Shown piece after piece: positions 8,953 through 18,481 of a stretch of DNA of 64,000 nt. The position numbers and the translations under genes are program-made. The notes beneath the pieces were generated by a model. That model searched no databases and was not told the DNA's origin. It saw nothing but the letters and a program-made list of their open reading frames with translations. Source of the stretch: Elusimicrobiota bacterium (GTDB taxonomy: Bacteria; Elusimicrobiota; Elusimicrobia; Elusimicrobiales; UBA9959); contig JAINCQ010000018.1 of the NCBI GenBank assembly GCA_036574205.1, positions 102,710 through 166,709 on the forward strand, in the 5' to 3' direction. Each line of letters begins with the position of its first letter. Within the stretch, counting starts at the first letter, position 1.

Positions 8953-10100
8953 TGGTAAAGTTGTTTTTCCCATTGTCCAAAAGCGAGTTTTTGAGCAGTT
9001 AAAGAGGAAAGATATCTTCTTAATTCTTTATCTAATGGTTTGGGTTTAAGATTTTCAAATCCTGTTTGCGGTAGTGGCATAAAATAGTGTATATGTATCC
9101 TTGCATTGTATTTTTTTGTCAAAATCTCTATTCCATTTTTTGTAATATTTATATCTTCTTCTGTTTCAAATGGAAAACCGAATATAAAGTCAACATCTAC
9201 ATCAAATCCATATTTTTTTAATAGACTGACTGCTTTTATAACATCATCCGCAGAATGTCCTCTGTTTATTTTTTTAAGTATTCTATCACTTAAACTTTGC
9301 GCCCCTATTATTATTCTTTTACTTGATGTATTACCTTTAAGTATTTCACAAAAATCGTGATTTACATGTTCTGGTCTTATTTCTGAAGGAAAACTTCCCA
9401 TAAAAACCCTGCCTTTTCCTTTAATGGTTTTATTAACAGAGCAAACTAATTCATTAATTTTTTTATAATCTGGTTTGCCGTTTTCACTACCATAAGATGA
9501 AAGATCCGGGGTAATAAATCTTATATCTCTAAAATTATTTCTTAGTAATATTTCTATTTCTTTTAAGATATTTTCTAATTTTTTATGCCTTTGTTTAAAA
9601 CCAAATATAGAAGGGGTCTGGCAGTATAAACATCTATGTAAACAGCCTCTTGTTATCTCAATAGAACCAAACCTTTTGTATTTTTCCGATATAGAAGAAA
9701 ACTGGTTTATATCAACTAATTTGGATGATTTAATTATTTTTTCATGTCTTTTGTCTAACAGGAAATCTCTCAGCGAAATTTCGCCTTCACCTATAAATAA
9801 ATGATTGAATGTTTCGCTAAGTTCTTTTGTATTTTTATCTGTTATGTGAGGCCCTCCGGCTATAAGTGTAATTTTAGAGAATTTATTTGATATAAATTTT
9901 GCTAATGATAATTCAGATTTATTATTATAACTCATAAATGAAAATGCTATGACTGTATTTTTTTCGTTTTTAATTTTTTCTTCTATCTCATTAAAACTTG
10001 AAAAAAAATATATATTTAACCCATTTATGTTTTCAATAGCGCTTGTGAGAGAGTTTATTGAATATTTATTCGTATTTGTGGAGTGAAAATATATATCCAT
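8943..10100 (-). CDS. B12-binding domain/radical SAM protein (TIGR04013-like)
   Basis: IAGGPH, GEGE, IEITRGCLHRCLYCQTP (CxxxCxxC), SFPSEIRPEHV. Confidence 0.85.
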   Translation of the reverse strand: MDIYFHSTNTNKYSINSLTSAIENINGLNIYFFSSFNEIEEKIKNEKNTVIAFSFMSYNNKSELSLAKFISNKFSKITLIAGGPHITDKNTKELSETFNHLFIGEGEISLRDFLLDKRHEKIIKSSKLVDINQFSSISEKYKRFGSIEITRGCLHRCLYCQTPSIFGFKQRHKKLENILKEIEILLRNNFRDIRFITPDLSSYGSENGKPDYKKINELVCSVNKTIKGKGRVFMGSFPSEIRPEHVNHDFCEILKGNTSSKRIIIGAQSLSDRILKKINRGHSADDVIKAVSLLKKYGFDVDVDFIFGFPFETEEDINITKNGIEILTKKYNARIHIHYFMPLPQTGFENLKPKPLDKELRRYLSSLTAQKLAFGQWEKQLYHRT

Positions 10101-10586
10101 TTACTCAAAAAATTTCAGCACTGATTTTAAGGCTTTTTTAAGGTAGTGTAAATCAATTCTGTCAAAATTAGATAATTTTTCAGAATCTATATCCAATACA
10201 GCTGTAACAGATTTTTTAGAATTTAATATGGGTATGACTATTTCAGATCTTGATTTAGAGGAACATGCTATATGTCCGGGAAACTTATTGACATCTTTAA
10301 CAATAATAGCTTTTTTTCTTTTCCATGAAGTTCCACATACGCCTTTTCCATAAGGGATTCTTGAACAGGCTACAGGTCCCTGAAAGGGACCTAACACAAG
10401 AAAATCTCCTTTGACAAAGTATATCCCTGTCCATAAAAAATTAAATGTAAAATGGATTGCGGATAGGAAATTTGATAAGCCAGATATCATGTCAGTCTCA
10501 TCTGATAAAAGATGCTTTATCTGTGAAATAAGATTTTCATATTTTTCTTTTTTTGTGGTTCCTATTATCGTTATTTCTTTAGCCAT
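10101..10586 (-). CDS. msrC: GAF-domain free methionine-(R)-sulfoxide reductase
   Basis: LGPFQGPVAC, GKGVCG, PGHIACS..SRSEIVIP, LDIDS. Confidence 0.85.
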   Translation of the reverse strand: MAKEITIIGTTKKEKYENLISQIKHLLSDETDMISGLSNFLSAIHFTFNFLWTGIYFVKGDFLVLGPFQGPVACSRIPYGKGVCGTSWKRKKAIIVKDVNKFPGHIACSSKSRSEIVIPILNSKKSVTAVLDIDSEKLSNFDRIDLHYLKKALKSVLKFFE

Positions 10587-11449
10587 TTTAAATACGCCTC
10601 TTCCGCTTTATATGAGCTCCTTGCAAAAGGCATTGAGATAACAGATTTTATCCCTATTTGTCTGGCATATTCTCCTAAAATTTCAAATTCTTCTGGAGTA
10701 TAATATTTTTTTACTGGATGATGTAATGGTGAAGGAGAAAGGTACTGACCTATTACAATTATATCACAATTATTATCTTTAAGGTCTTTTATTGTTTGTT
10801 TTATTTCTTCAATTTCTTCCCCCATACCAATTATTATTGAAGACTTAGTGGGAATTTTTGGATTTATTTTTTTTGAACTTCTAAGTAGATTTAATGATCC
10901 TTCATAAGACGAATTCGGCCTTATTATTGGATAAAGACGTTTAACGGTTTCTATGTTATGAGAAAGTACTGATGGCATTGCATCAAGAACTTTTTTCAAA
11001 GAGTCATCTTTAAATTTAAAATCCGGAATTAATGGCTCTATATAAGTTTCTGGTGAAATTCTCCTGATTTCTTTTATGGTATTTGCAAACTGATCGGCAC
11101 CACCGTCTGGAAGGTCATCCCTTGTTGGGGATGTAAAAACTGCATACCTTATTTTCCATTTTTTTATTAATCCAGCTATTTTCTTAGGTTCATTTAAATC
11201 AACAGGATCGGGTTTGCCTTTTGAAACATTACAAAACTTACAATTTCTTGTACATATGGTTCCAAGTATAAGAAAAGTAGCATGTTTGTTTTTAAAACAT
11301 TCACCTTTATTGGGACATAAGGCTTCATAACATATGGTATTGGTAGTATATTCTTTAATATCTTTTCTAATAAGTATTGAGTTATCTGAAAAATTGAATT
11401 CTTTTTTGTTTTCTTTTGCTTTTTCAATTATCCATTTAGGATAGCGCAT
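10571..11449 (-). CDS. lipA: Lipoyl synthase
   Basis: CX4CX5C (CYEALCPNKGEC), CTRNCKFC, RDDLPDGGA, HNIETV, RSSY. Confidence 0.95.
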   Translation of the reverse strand: MRYPKWIIEKAKENKKEFNFSDNSILIRKDIKEYTTNTICYEALCPNKGECFKNKHATFLILGTICTRNCKFCNVSKGKPDPVDLNEPKKIAGLIKKWKIRYAVFTSPTRDDLPDGGADQFANTIKEIRRISPETYIEPLIPDFKFKDDSLKKVLDAMPSVLSHNIETVKRLYPIIRPNSSYEGSLNLLRSSKKINPKIPTKSSIIIGMGEEIEEIKQTIKDLKDNNCDIIVIGQYLSPSPLHHPVKKYYTPEEFEILGEYARQIGIKSVISMPFARSSYKAEEAYLKWLKK

Positions 11450-11452
11450 ATT

Positions 11453-13204
11453 TTATTTTTCAAGTTTTATTTTAAGTTCCGCTAACTGCTTTTCATCAAC
11501 ATTTGATGGAGCTTCCATAAGGGGGCATATACCAGCAGTAGTTTTTGGAAAAGCAATCACTTCTCTTATTGAATCTTCTGTTCCGCAAATCATAGATATA
11601 AGCCTATCAAATCCTATCCCAATGCCGCCATGAGGTGGGGCTCCATATTCTAATGCTTCAATAAGTGTGCCAAATTTTTCCTTTATTTGTTGATTTGAAT
11701 ATCCCATAAGCGAGAATATTTTCTCTTGAATCTCTTTTTTGTGGTTTCTTATTGATCCTGAACCTAGCTCAACCCCATTTAGTACAAGATCATACTGGCA
11801 TGATTTTATATTTTCAAGTTCTTCTTTTATGTCAAGCTTATATAGTTCTTGGGGCAGGGGGGCTGTAAAGGGATTATGCGTTGCGTCATATCTTTTTTCC
11901 TCTTCATTCCAGTCAAGCAAAGGAAAATGTCTTACCCATAAAAATGCCCACTTTTTTTTAGGATTTTTGTCATGTTTTATTATTTCATTTCTTAAAATAC
12001 CTATGTATTTTAAAATGTTACATTTATCATCGCTTACTATAAAAACTATATCTCCATCTTTTATTTCAAAAATATTTTTTAGCATTTCTATTTCCTGAGT
12101 CTTTAAAAATTTAAGTATAGGTGATTCTATTTCTCGATTTTTCATTTTAAGCCATATAAGACCCTTTGCACCATTTGCTTGTAGTATTTTGGTTAAGTTA
12201 TCAATTTCACTTCTTGAATAATTATGAACATTCTTTGCATTTATTCCTCTAATTACGCCTCCATTTTCTATAACCTGTTTAAATATTTTAAATTCAGTGT
12301 CTTTAAATATCTCAGTAATTTCTTTTATTTCATATTCATATCTTAAATCAGGCTTATCGCTACCGTATTTCAGCATGACCTCTTCATATTCCATTTCAGG
12401 AAAAGGAATCGTTAGCTCTTCTCCCATAGAAGAAAATATTTCTTTCATTAACCCTTCAACAATTTGAGCTACATCTTTTTCATCTACAAAACTCATCTCT
12501 AAGTCTATTTGAGTATGTTCAAGCTGTCTATCGCTTCTTAAATCCTCATCCCTGAAGTTTCTTGCAAGCTGATAATATCTGTCCATTCCTGAAATCATAA
12601 GCAGTTGTTTAAATATTTGAGGTGATTGGGGTAAAGCGTAAAACTTTCCGGGATTCATCCTTGAAGGGACTAAAAAATCTCTTGCTCCTTCGGGAGTAGA
12701 TTTTGTTAAAATTGGTGTTTCTATTTCATAAAAACCTTTTGAGTGAAGATAGTTTCTTATAACATTGGCAATGCGTGATCTTGTAATAAGATTTTTTTTC
12801 ATTTTCTCTCTTCTTATATCTATATATCTATATTTTAATCTCGTCTCTTCGCCAACATTTATATAATCTGCAACTGGAAAGGGTGGCTCTTTTGATTCAT
12901 TTAAAACATAAAGCTCTTTTAAGACTACCTCTATTTCACCGGTAGGAATATTTTTGTTTTCATTCCCCTGGGGTCTCATTCTTACTGTGCCAATAATCTT
13001 TATTACATATTCATTTCTAATTCTTTCTGCTTCATTGAAAAATTTATTTGAAGGTTCAACAACTATTTGAGTAATACCATATAGATCTCTTATAATTAAA
13101 AATAAAACCCCCCCAAGATTTCTTTTAGAATCAAGCCATCCACACAATGTTACTACTTGACCTATATGGTTTTTATTTAATTCACCGCAGGTATGTGATC
13201 TCAT
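11453..13204 (-). CDS. aspS: Aspartate--tRNA ligase
   Basis: MRSHTCGEL, STPEGARDFLVPSR, LPQSPQ, GAPPHGG. Confidence 0.97.
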   Translation of the reverse strand: MRSHTCGELNKNHIGQVVTLCGWLDSKRNLGGVLFLIIRDLYGITQIVVEPSNKFFNEAERIRNEYVIKIIGTVRMRPQGNENKNIPTGEIEVVLKELYVLNESKEPPFPVADYINVGEETRLKYRYIDIRREKMKKNLITRSRIANVIRNYLHSKGFYEIETPILTKSTPEGARDFLVPSRMNPGKFYALPQSPQIFKQLLMISGMDRYYQLARNFRDEDLRSDRQLEHTQIDLEMSFVDEKDVAQIVEGLMKEIFSSMGEELTIPFPEMEYEEVMLKYGSDKPDLRYEYEIKEITEIFKDTEFKIFKQVIENGGVIRGINAKNVHNYSRSEIDNLTKILQANGAKGLIWLKMKNREIESPILKFLKTQEIEMLKNIFEIKDGDIVFIVSDDKCNILKYIGILRNEIIKHDKNPKKKWAFLWVRHFPLLDWNEEEKRYDATHNPFTAPLPQELYKLDIKEELENIKSCQYDLVLNGVELGSGSIRNHKKEIQEKIFSLMGYSNQQIKEKFGTLIEALEYGAPPHGGIGIGFDRLISMICGTEDSIREVIAFPKTTAGICPLMEAPSNVDEKQLAELKIKLEK

Positions 13205-14445
13205 AAAATTAATTCTCCATTTTTTATTTTATTTATAATTTCATTAATTTCCATTTTTTGCTGTTTGCCGTCTGAAAGCCTTTTTATCGTAAGCTTTGAT
13301 GTTTTTTCTTCATCCTCTCCTATTATTATTGCATATCTGGCAGAGTTTGAATTAGCATCTCTCATTTGTGATTTGAGGCTGTTTTCAAAATTAGAAAAAT
13401 CCGTTTTTATACCGGCATTTCTAAGCAGATTTATTATCTTAAAACAAAATTTAGATTGTTTTGAGGATAATGAAACCACAAAAACTAAATTGTTATCATT
13501 TTCTTTGTATCCTTTTGAAATCATTAACGAAACTACTCTTTCAACTCCCATTGCCCAGCCAACGCTTGGAGAATTTACTCCCCCCATTAATTTTACAAGA
13601 TTATCATATCTCCCCCCTCCAGCTATTGCATCCTGTGAAGATTGAGAAGACATTTTAAATTCAAAAACTGTTTTCGTGTAGTAATCTATTCCCCTTACAA
13701 GGAGTTTATTCTCTATAAATGTTATATTGTTTGCGTTTAAAGCCTCTTTTAATAGATTATGATGGGTTAAACATTCATCACATAATTCTATTGGTGGAAT
13801 GTTTTTAAATTTATCCTGATCTATTTTACAATCCAATACCCTCAGCGGGTTTTTTGATATCCTTTGGTTGCAATCCTGACATAAATCCAATTTTTTTAAT
13901 TCTGAAACAATAAGTTCTTTGTATTTTTTTCTACAGGCTTGACAACCTAAAGAATTTATTTCTATTCTATATAGATTATTTAAATTAAGTTTTTTTAATA
14001 TTGAGTCTAATAGTATTATTATTTCAGCATCTGCATATGGAGATGGGTTGCCTATATATTCAACCCCTATCTGTTCAAACTCCCTATATCTCTGGGCTTG
14101 TGGCCTTTCAGCTCTAAACATATTCCCAATGTAAAAATATTTATGAGAATTTCCTTTAAGATTAAGATTATTTTCTATGAAAGCTCTTACTGTTCCAGGA
14201 GTTCCTTCAGGTCGTAAGGCAAGCACTCTTTTAGAATTATCTTCAAATTTATACATTTCTTTTTTCACTATATCTGTTTCTTCTCCAGTGGATTTAACAA
14301 AAAGATCAAAATATTCAACTGTCGGAAGTCTTATTTCCTTAAAATTATATGTTTCAAAAGTTTCTCTGGCAGTTTTTTCTATTTGATAGAATATATCAGA
14401 TTCAGGAGGTAATACATCTTTAAATCCTCTAACCCTTTGTATCAT
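13201..14445 (-). CDS. hisS: Histidine--tRNA ligase
   Basis: LRPEGT, FRAERPQ, LVRGIDYY, AGGGRYD. Confidence 0.97.
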   Translation of the reverse strand: MIQRVRGFKDVLPPESDIFYQIEKTARETFETYNFKEIRLPTVEYFDLFVKSTGEETDIVKKEMYKFEDNSKRVLALRPEGTPGTVRAFIENNLNLKGNSHKYFYIGNMFRAERPQAQRYREFEQIGVEYIGNPSPYADAEIIILLDSILKKLNLNNLYRIEINSLGCQACRKKYKELIVSELKKLDLCQDCNQRISKNPLRVLDCKIDQDKFKNIPPIELCDECLTHHNLLKEALNANNITFIENKLLVRGIDYYTKTVFEFKMSSQSSQDAIAGGGRYDNLVKLMGGVNSPSVGWAMGVERVVSLMISKGYKENDNNLVFVVSLSSKQSKFCFKIINLLRNAGIKTDFSNFENSLKSQMRDANSNSARYAIIIGEDEEKTSKLTIKRLSDGKQQKMEINEIINKIKNGELIL

Positions 14446-15101
14446 TCTTTTACTCCCGAGATAGATCTAATTTTGTCTACGTCAATAATTGTTATTCTTT
14501 CCCTTGAAGTATCTATTATCCCTTTTTCTTTCATTTTTTGTAAAACCCTATTTACAGGTATTCTTGTTGTCCCTAAATTTTCAGCAAGTTTTTTTTGTGT
14601 TATATAAATTTTCCCCATTTTTTCTTTTTTTGATAACTCAAATATTTCTTTTGCAACCCTTCCAAATATATTTTTAAATATAAGTCCTTCTATTTCTTCA
14701 TCTGCTTTTTTAAGCCTATAGGCTAAGTTATATAAAAGTTTCAGTATAAAATTCTTATTCTTAAGAATATATTTTTGAAAATCTTTACTTGATATTGAAA
14801 AAAGTTCTGAATCTTCTTCTGCTTGCGCGGATGCAGTCCTATATTTTATTCCAAGAAGAGCAAGCTCTCCAAAAAACTCTCCTTCACCAAGAATTGAATA
14901 TACCTTTTTTTTGTGTGATGCATTAGTAAAAATTTTTATCTTACCAGATTTAACAATAAAAAATGAATTGCCAATTTCATTTTTATTAAAAACTATCTTG
15001 CCTTTTTTTACCTTTTTTATTTTTAGTATTTTTGATATTTTTTTAAACTCGCTGTCCGAAAAATTGCTGAAGATATTAACTTTCCTGAATAATGACTTCA
15101 T
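14442..15101 (-). CDS. Crp/Fnr family transcriptional regulator
   Basis: cNMP domain (GEFFGELAL..RTASA); C-terminal HTH (ITQKKLAENLGTTRIPVNRVL). Confidence 0.92.
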   Translation of the reverse strand: MKSLFRKVNIFSNFSDSEFKKISKILKIKKVKKGKIVFNKNEIGNSFFIVKSGKIKIFTNASHKKKVYSILGEGEFFGELALLGIKYRTASAQAEEDSELFSISSKDFQKYILKNKNFILKLLYNLAYRLKKADEEIEGLIFKNIFGRVAKEIFELSKKEKMGKIYITQKKLAENLGTTRIPVNRVLQKMKEKGIIDTSRERITIIDVDKIRSISGVKE

Positions 15102-15239
15102 AATTAAGAAACTCTCCTATTCTTATATTATATAATATATATAATTGGTTGCGAGAGAACAGATTTCTAAAAGCTAAAATTGAAATCTACTTTCAAATTC
15201 ATTATAAGCTTTTTACCCTTTTGTGATATGTAGTTTATA

Positions 15240-15318
15240 CCTTTGAGAGGATTAGGTTAAGGAGAATATAATTTTATAGCATAATCTTTTGTTTTTCCCT
15301 TATTAATAGGAAGGGAGT
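15240..15318. repeat. Degenerate copy of the palindromic element at 4825-4965
   Basis: GAGAGGATTAGGTTAAGGAGAATATAATTTT...TTCCCTTATTAATAGGAAGGGA resembles GAGAGGGTTGGGGTGAGGAGATTTAATTTT...TTCCCCCATCAAGGGGGAAGGA. Confidence 0.45.
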
Positions 15319-15377
15319 TTTTTTAGAAAATCAAGAAGCTTTGGTTAAAAAAATTTATATTAAAATAAAATAATTAA

Positions 15378-15409
15378 CCCCGCTTATCCTTCGTATAGAA
15401 TAAGCGGGG
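15378..15409 (-). terminator. Hairpin after the protease gene, probable terminator
   Basis: CCCCGCTTAT-N12-ATAAGCGGGG followed by a T-rich tract on the minus strand. Confidence 0.75.
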
Positions 15410-15423
15410 AAGCCCAGGAAATT

Positions 15424-16443
15424 TTATCTGTCAAAGCTAAAGTTAATTGCTTTTGAAGTGTCAAAACTATCAAAATCAGTTTTAACCTGAATACTTTTTG
15501 GTTCTCCTGTATCTTTAATGCCTGTAAGTATTTCGGAAAGATAGGGATAAAGGGCTGATATTTTTGTTGAATCTTCTCCTCTTCCGCCGTTATCTTCAAC
15601 CCTGTTTGATATTGTACAACCCATAGGTGTTTGAACAAAATCATTATCCCCTCTTACCAGTATTCCCTCTATAAGTTTTGTTTTCATATCAAAAACAGGG
15701 GAACCAGAGTTTCCGCCATAAGTATCTAAATTAGCCACAAAATATCCATTTGGAGAGGGGTCTCTAACTGTAGCGCCATCGGCAAATTTTACTGGCAGAC
15801 CAACTGGATGTCCTATTACAAACATAGATTGTCCAATCGAGAGTTTCTGGTTTGTGTTGATTTTAAGCGGTTTTCTGTTTGAAACTTTTCTGTCAAGTTT
15901 TATTATTGCAAAATCTGAACCCAGTCCTATACCCTGGGGATTATCCTCAGTTGGTTCCGCTCCAATATGAGTTTTTATTATTTTAGAACATTTATAGACA
16001 TCTGAAGCAGGGATCTCGGTTGTAGCTGTAAAAGGATTGTTTCTGTCTTTTATTGCATATCCAAAAACAAAATATGTTGATGAACATTTTGCTTCAGTAT
16101 TTATACAATGTCCTGCTGTAATAATAGTATCATCAGCTATCAACAAACCGGAGCAGAAAGCTCCTATAGGCTGATCCCTGAAAGGTTCATCTTCACATAG
16201 ATTAAGTCTCTGCCCATAATTTTGAGTAACAAGAGTATATTTATTTTTAGAACTATCAAATCTGATATTTGCGCTATCCCATAATGAAACGACTGAATCT
16301 GCAAGAGTTTTAATCTCCGAAGACATTTCAAAATAGTCTTTTCTATTATCTTCACCGTAAATAACTTTATTGTTGAGAGCGTTTAGCGTAAATGGAAAAG
16401 GTATTAGAGAGATTACGATTAGTTTTAAGGTGGTGTTTTTCAT
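15424..16443 (-). CDS. Secreted S1-family (trypsin-like) serine protease
   Basis: Signal peptide; KVIYGEDNR; CSG..ITAGHC, DFAIIKL, LDTYGGNSGSPV. Confidence 0.92.
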   Translation of the reverse strand: MKNTTLKLIVISLIPFPFTLNALNNKVIYGEDNRKDYFEMSSEIKTLADSVVSLWDSANIRFDSSKNKYTLVTQNYGQRLNLCEDEPFRDQPIGAFCSGLLIADDTIITAGHCINTEAKCSSTYFVFGYAIKDRNNPFTATTEIPASDVYKCSKIIKTHIGAEPTEDNPQGIGLGSDFAIIKLDRKVSNRKPLKINTNQKLSIGQSMFVIGHPVGLPVKFADGATVRDPSPNGYFVANLDTYGGNSGSPVFDMKTKLIEGILVRGDNDFVQTPMGCTISNRVEDNGGRGEDSTKISALYPYLSEILTGIKDTGEPKSIQVKTDFDSFDTSKAINFSFDR

Positions 16444-16485
16444 CGTTCCTCCGTATATATTTTAATTACAAATTGATTGAAGTCA

Positions 16486-16525
16486 AATATTTTTAGTCCT
16501 AATATTAAATAGGTCTTTAGTCCTA
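16486..16525. promoter_or_regulatory. Palindromic operator TAGGTCTTTAGTCCTA (16510-16525) plus half copy (TTTAGTCCTA) 24 bp away, abutting a TTGACT -35
   Basis: Matches 8913-8952; promoter TTGACT-N16-TAAAAT on the minus strand. Confidence 0.6.
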
Positions 16526-16534
16526 TTTTATTCC

Positions 16535-17500
16535 TCAGAATATTGTATATGATACGACGGTATATTTATCTATGAGATATATAGCAATTGTTGAGATTAC
16601 AATTACAGAGGTTATTAAAATTCCATAAAAATGATATTTGTTTGTTCCGGGAATAGATAGTTCTATTAATGCATCTTCTTCCCAGCTTATTCCTTTTTTG
16701 AAATAACTTAAAAAATTGTATATTGAATAGCATTCAAGCGCAAAGAAAGGAAAACCTAAATACCCCGCTATTGGCATTTCAAATAACCTTGGAGAGTTAA
16801 GATAAGGAAGGGTATAAATCCATTTTGCCCCTGCTTTGAAATTCCATAGTTCCCATATAAACCCGCATAGTAATCCTGCCAGGAGAATAGAAAGTATTTT
16901 AGATATATTTCCGCCAGATAATTCCTTTATAATAGAACGGGTACCGATTTTATAATTTAACGGTTCAAATATAAATAATAGAGATATCCATATAAAAGGA
17001 AATAAAAGTTTTGGAAAAACAAGTGTTAAAATAGTTAACAATATTCCGCCATAAAAACATACCTGCCTTATTTTATTGTCAAATTTTATATTTATTTTAG
17101 TTTTTATTTTTTTAAATATTCCAATAGTTTCCATAAACTCGGTTGTTTCAAAAATTGCAGGTAAAACCGTAGCATAAGATAATATATATCCTATGTTCCT
17201 TGTTTTTGTATCCCATGGAAGCATAACATACTTCCAGTTTTTAAGAAAAATATTAAATATTTCAAAAGAAAACCATAACCCAGTTGAAACGAAAAGCATA
17301 TATATAAATTCTTTTGTTCTTGAAATAATAAGAGAATTATCTTTTAAACTATAGATAGTTCCATCTATAAAAAAAATGTATGAATACCAGGCAAAGATAT
17401 AGTAGAGTCTATAAAAAGGGTTTACCTGAAAATATGAAAAGAAAGTTGATATAAAAAAAAGCAATACTCCACCCAATATAAAGGCAATATTGATTCCCAT
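16535..17500 (-). CDS. Conserved polytopic membrane protein, unknown function
   Basis: About 8 hydrophobic segments; WELWNF..KWIY.LP..FEMP..GYLGFP motif. Confidence 0.75.
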   Translation of the reverse strand: MGINIAFILGGVLLFFISTFFSYFQVNPFYRLYYIFAWYSYIFFIDGTIYSLKDNSLIISRTKEFIYMLFVSTGLWFSFEIFNIFLKNWKYVMLPWDTKTRNIGYILSYATVLPAIFETTEFMETIGIFKKIKTKINIKFDNKIRQVCFYGGILLTILTLVFPKLLFPFIWISLLFIFEPLNYKIGTRSIIKELSGGNISKILSILLAGLLCGFIWELWNFKAGAKWIYTLPYLNSPRLFEMPIAGYLGFPFFALECYSIYNFLSYFKKGISWEEDALIELSIPGTNKYHFYGILITSVIVISTIAIYLIDKYTVVSYTIF

Positions 17501-17555
17501 AATTCTATTTTATTATATTTTTAGTTATTTGTTATAATGAAAATTAAGAGGGTGT

Positions 17556-18474
17556 ATGGTTTTAAAACCTAAAAAAAACATTATTATTCTTTTTTGCTAC
17601 CTCTTTTTTTGGCATTTCTCTATACACTCAACTTAAGGTGCCGTCTGAAGATCCAAAGACTTATTATAAAAGAGGGGTTGCTGCTTTAAACAAAGGTTCT
17701 TATTCTCTTGCAATAAGCGAATTTGATAATGCCATATTGGCTGATGATAAATATTTTGAAGCTTATTATCAAAGAGGAATTGCATATTTTAAAAAAGGTG
17801 AGTTTGAAATTGCTGTTCAGGATTTTTCATCTGCCATAGAATTAAAACCGAATTTTGCTCAGGCATATTATTATCGTGGTATGGCCTATGAAAAGCTTGG
17901 TAGAAAAGATGAAGCTATTATGGATTTTGAAAAATCAAAGGAATTAAACTCTACTGGAAAGATAATTAGTAAATCACAAGATAAAAAAGGAAAACTTGAT
18001 TTGTCTCCTAAATATGACAAAGCGGTGGTTAAATTTAATGAGGCAATATCATTGAATCCAAAAGATCCAGTTCCATATAATAGGAGAGGTGATGTGTATT
18101 TAAGGAGAATGGAATATAAAAAAGCAATTTCAGATTTTACAAAAGCGATAGAGCTTAATCCTAAATATTCTGAAGCTTATCATAATCGTGCAATGGCATA
18201 CCTTGGTGATGAATCTTATGAATTAGCTATAAAAGATTTTACCAGGTCTATTGAATTAAATCCTGTAAATTCTGATGCTTATTATTATCGCGGAATTTCG
18301 TATTCTAATCTTTCCAGAAATGAGGAAGCAATAGCAGATTTTACTAAAGCAATAGAACTAAACCCACAAGATGCTACTGCTTATTATATGCGTTCAAAAG
18401 TTTACAGATCAATTGGTAAAGAAGTTGAAGCTGAAATGGATTACAGGAAGTACAAGGAAATAGTAAGAAAATAG
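17556..18474 (+). CDS. TPR-repeat protein; probable true start at 17556, frameshifted in an A8 run (in-frame ORF 17638-18474)
   Basis: About 7 TPR repeats (AYYxRG..A..DF.KAIELNP); a signal-peptide-like segment lies in frame upstream of the GTG but lacks an in-frame start. Confidence 0.85.
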
Positions 18475-18481
18475 TTTTGAG

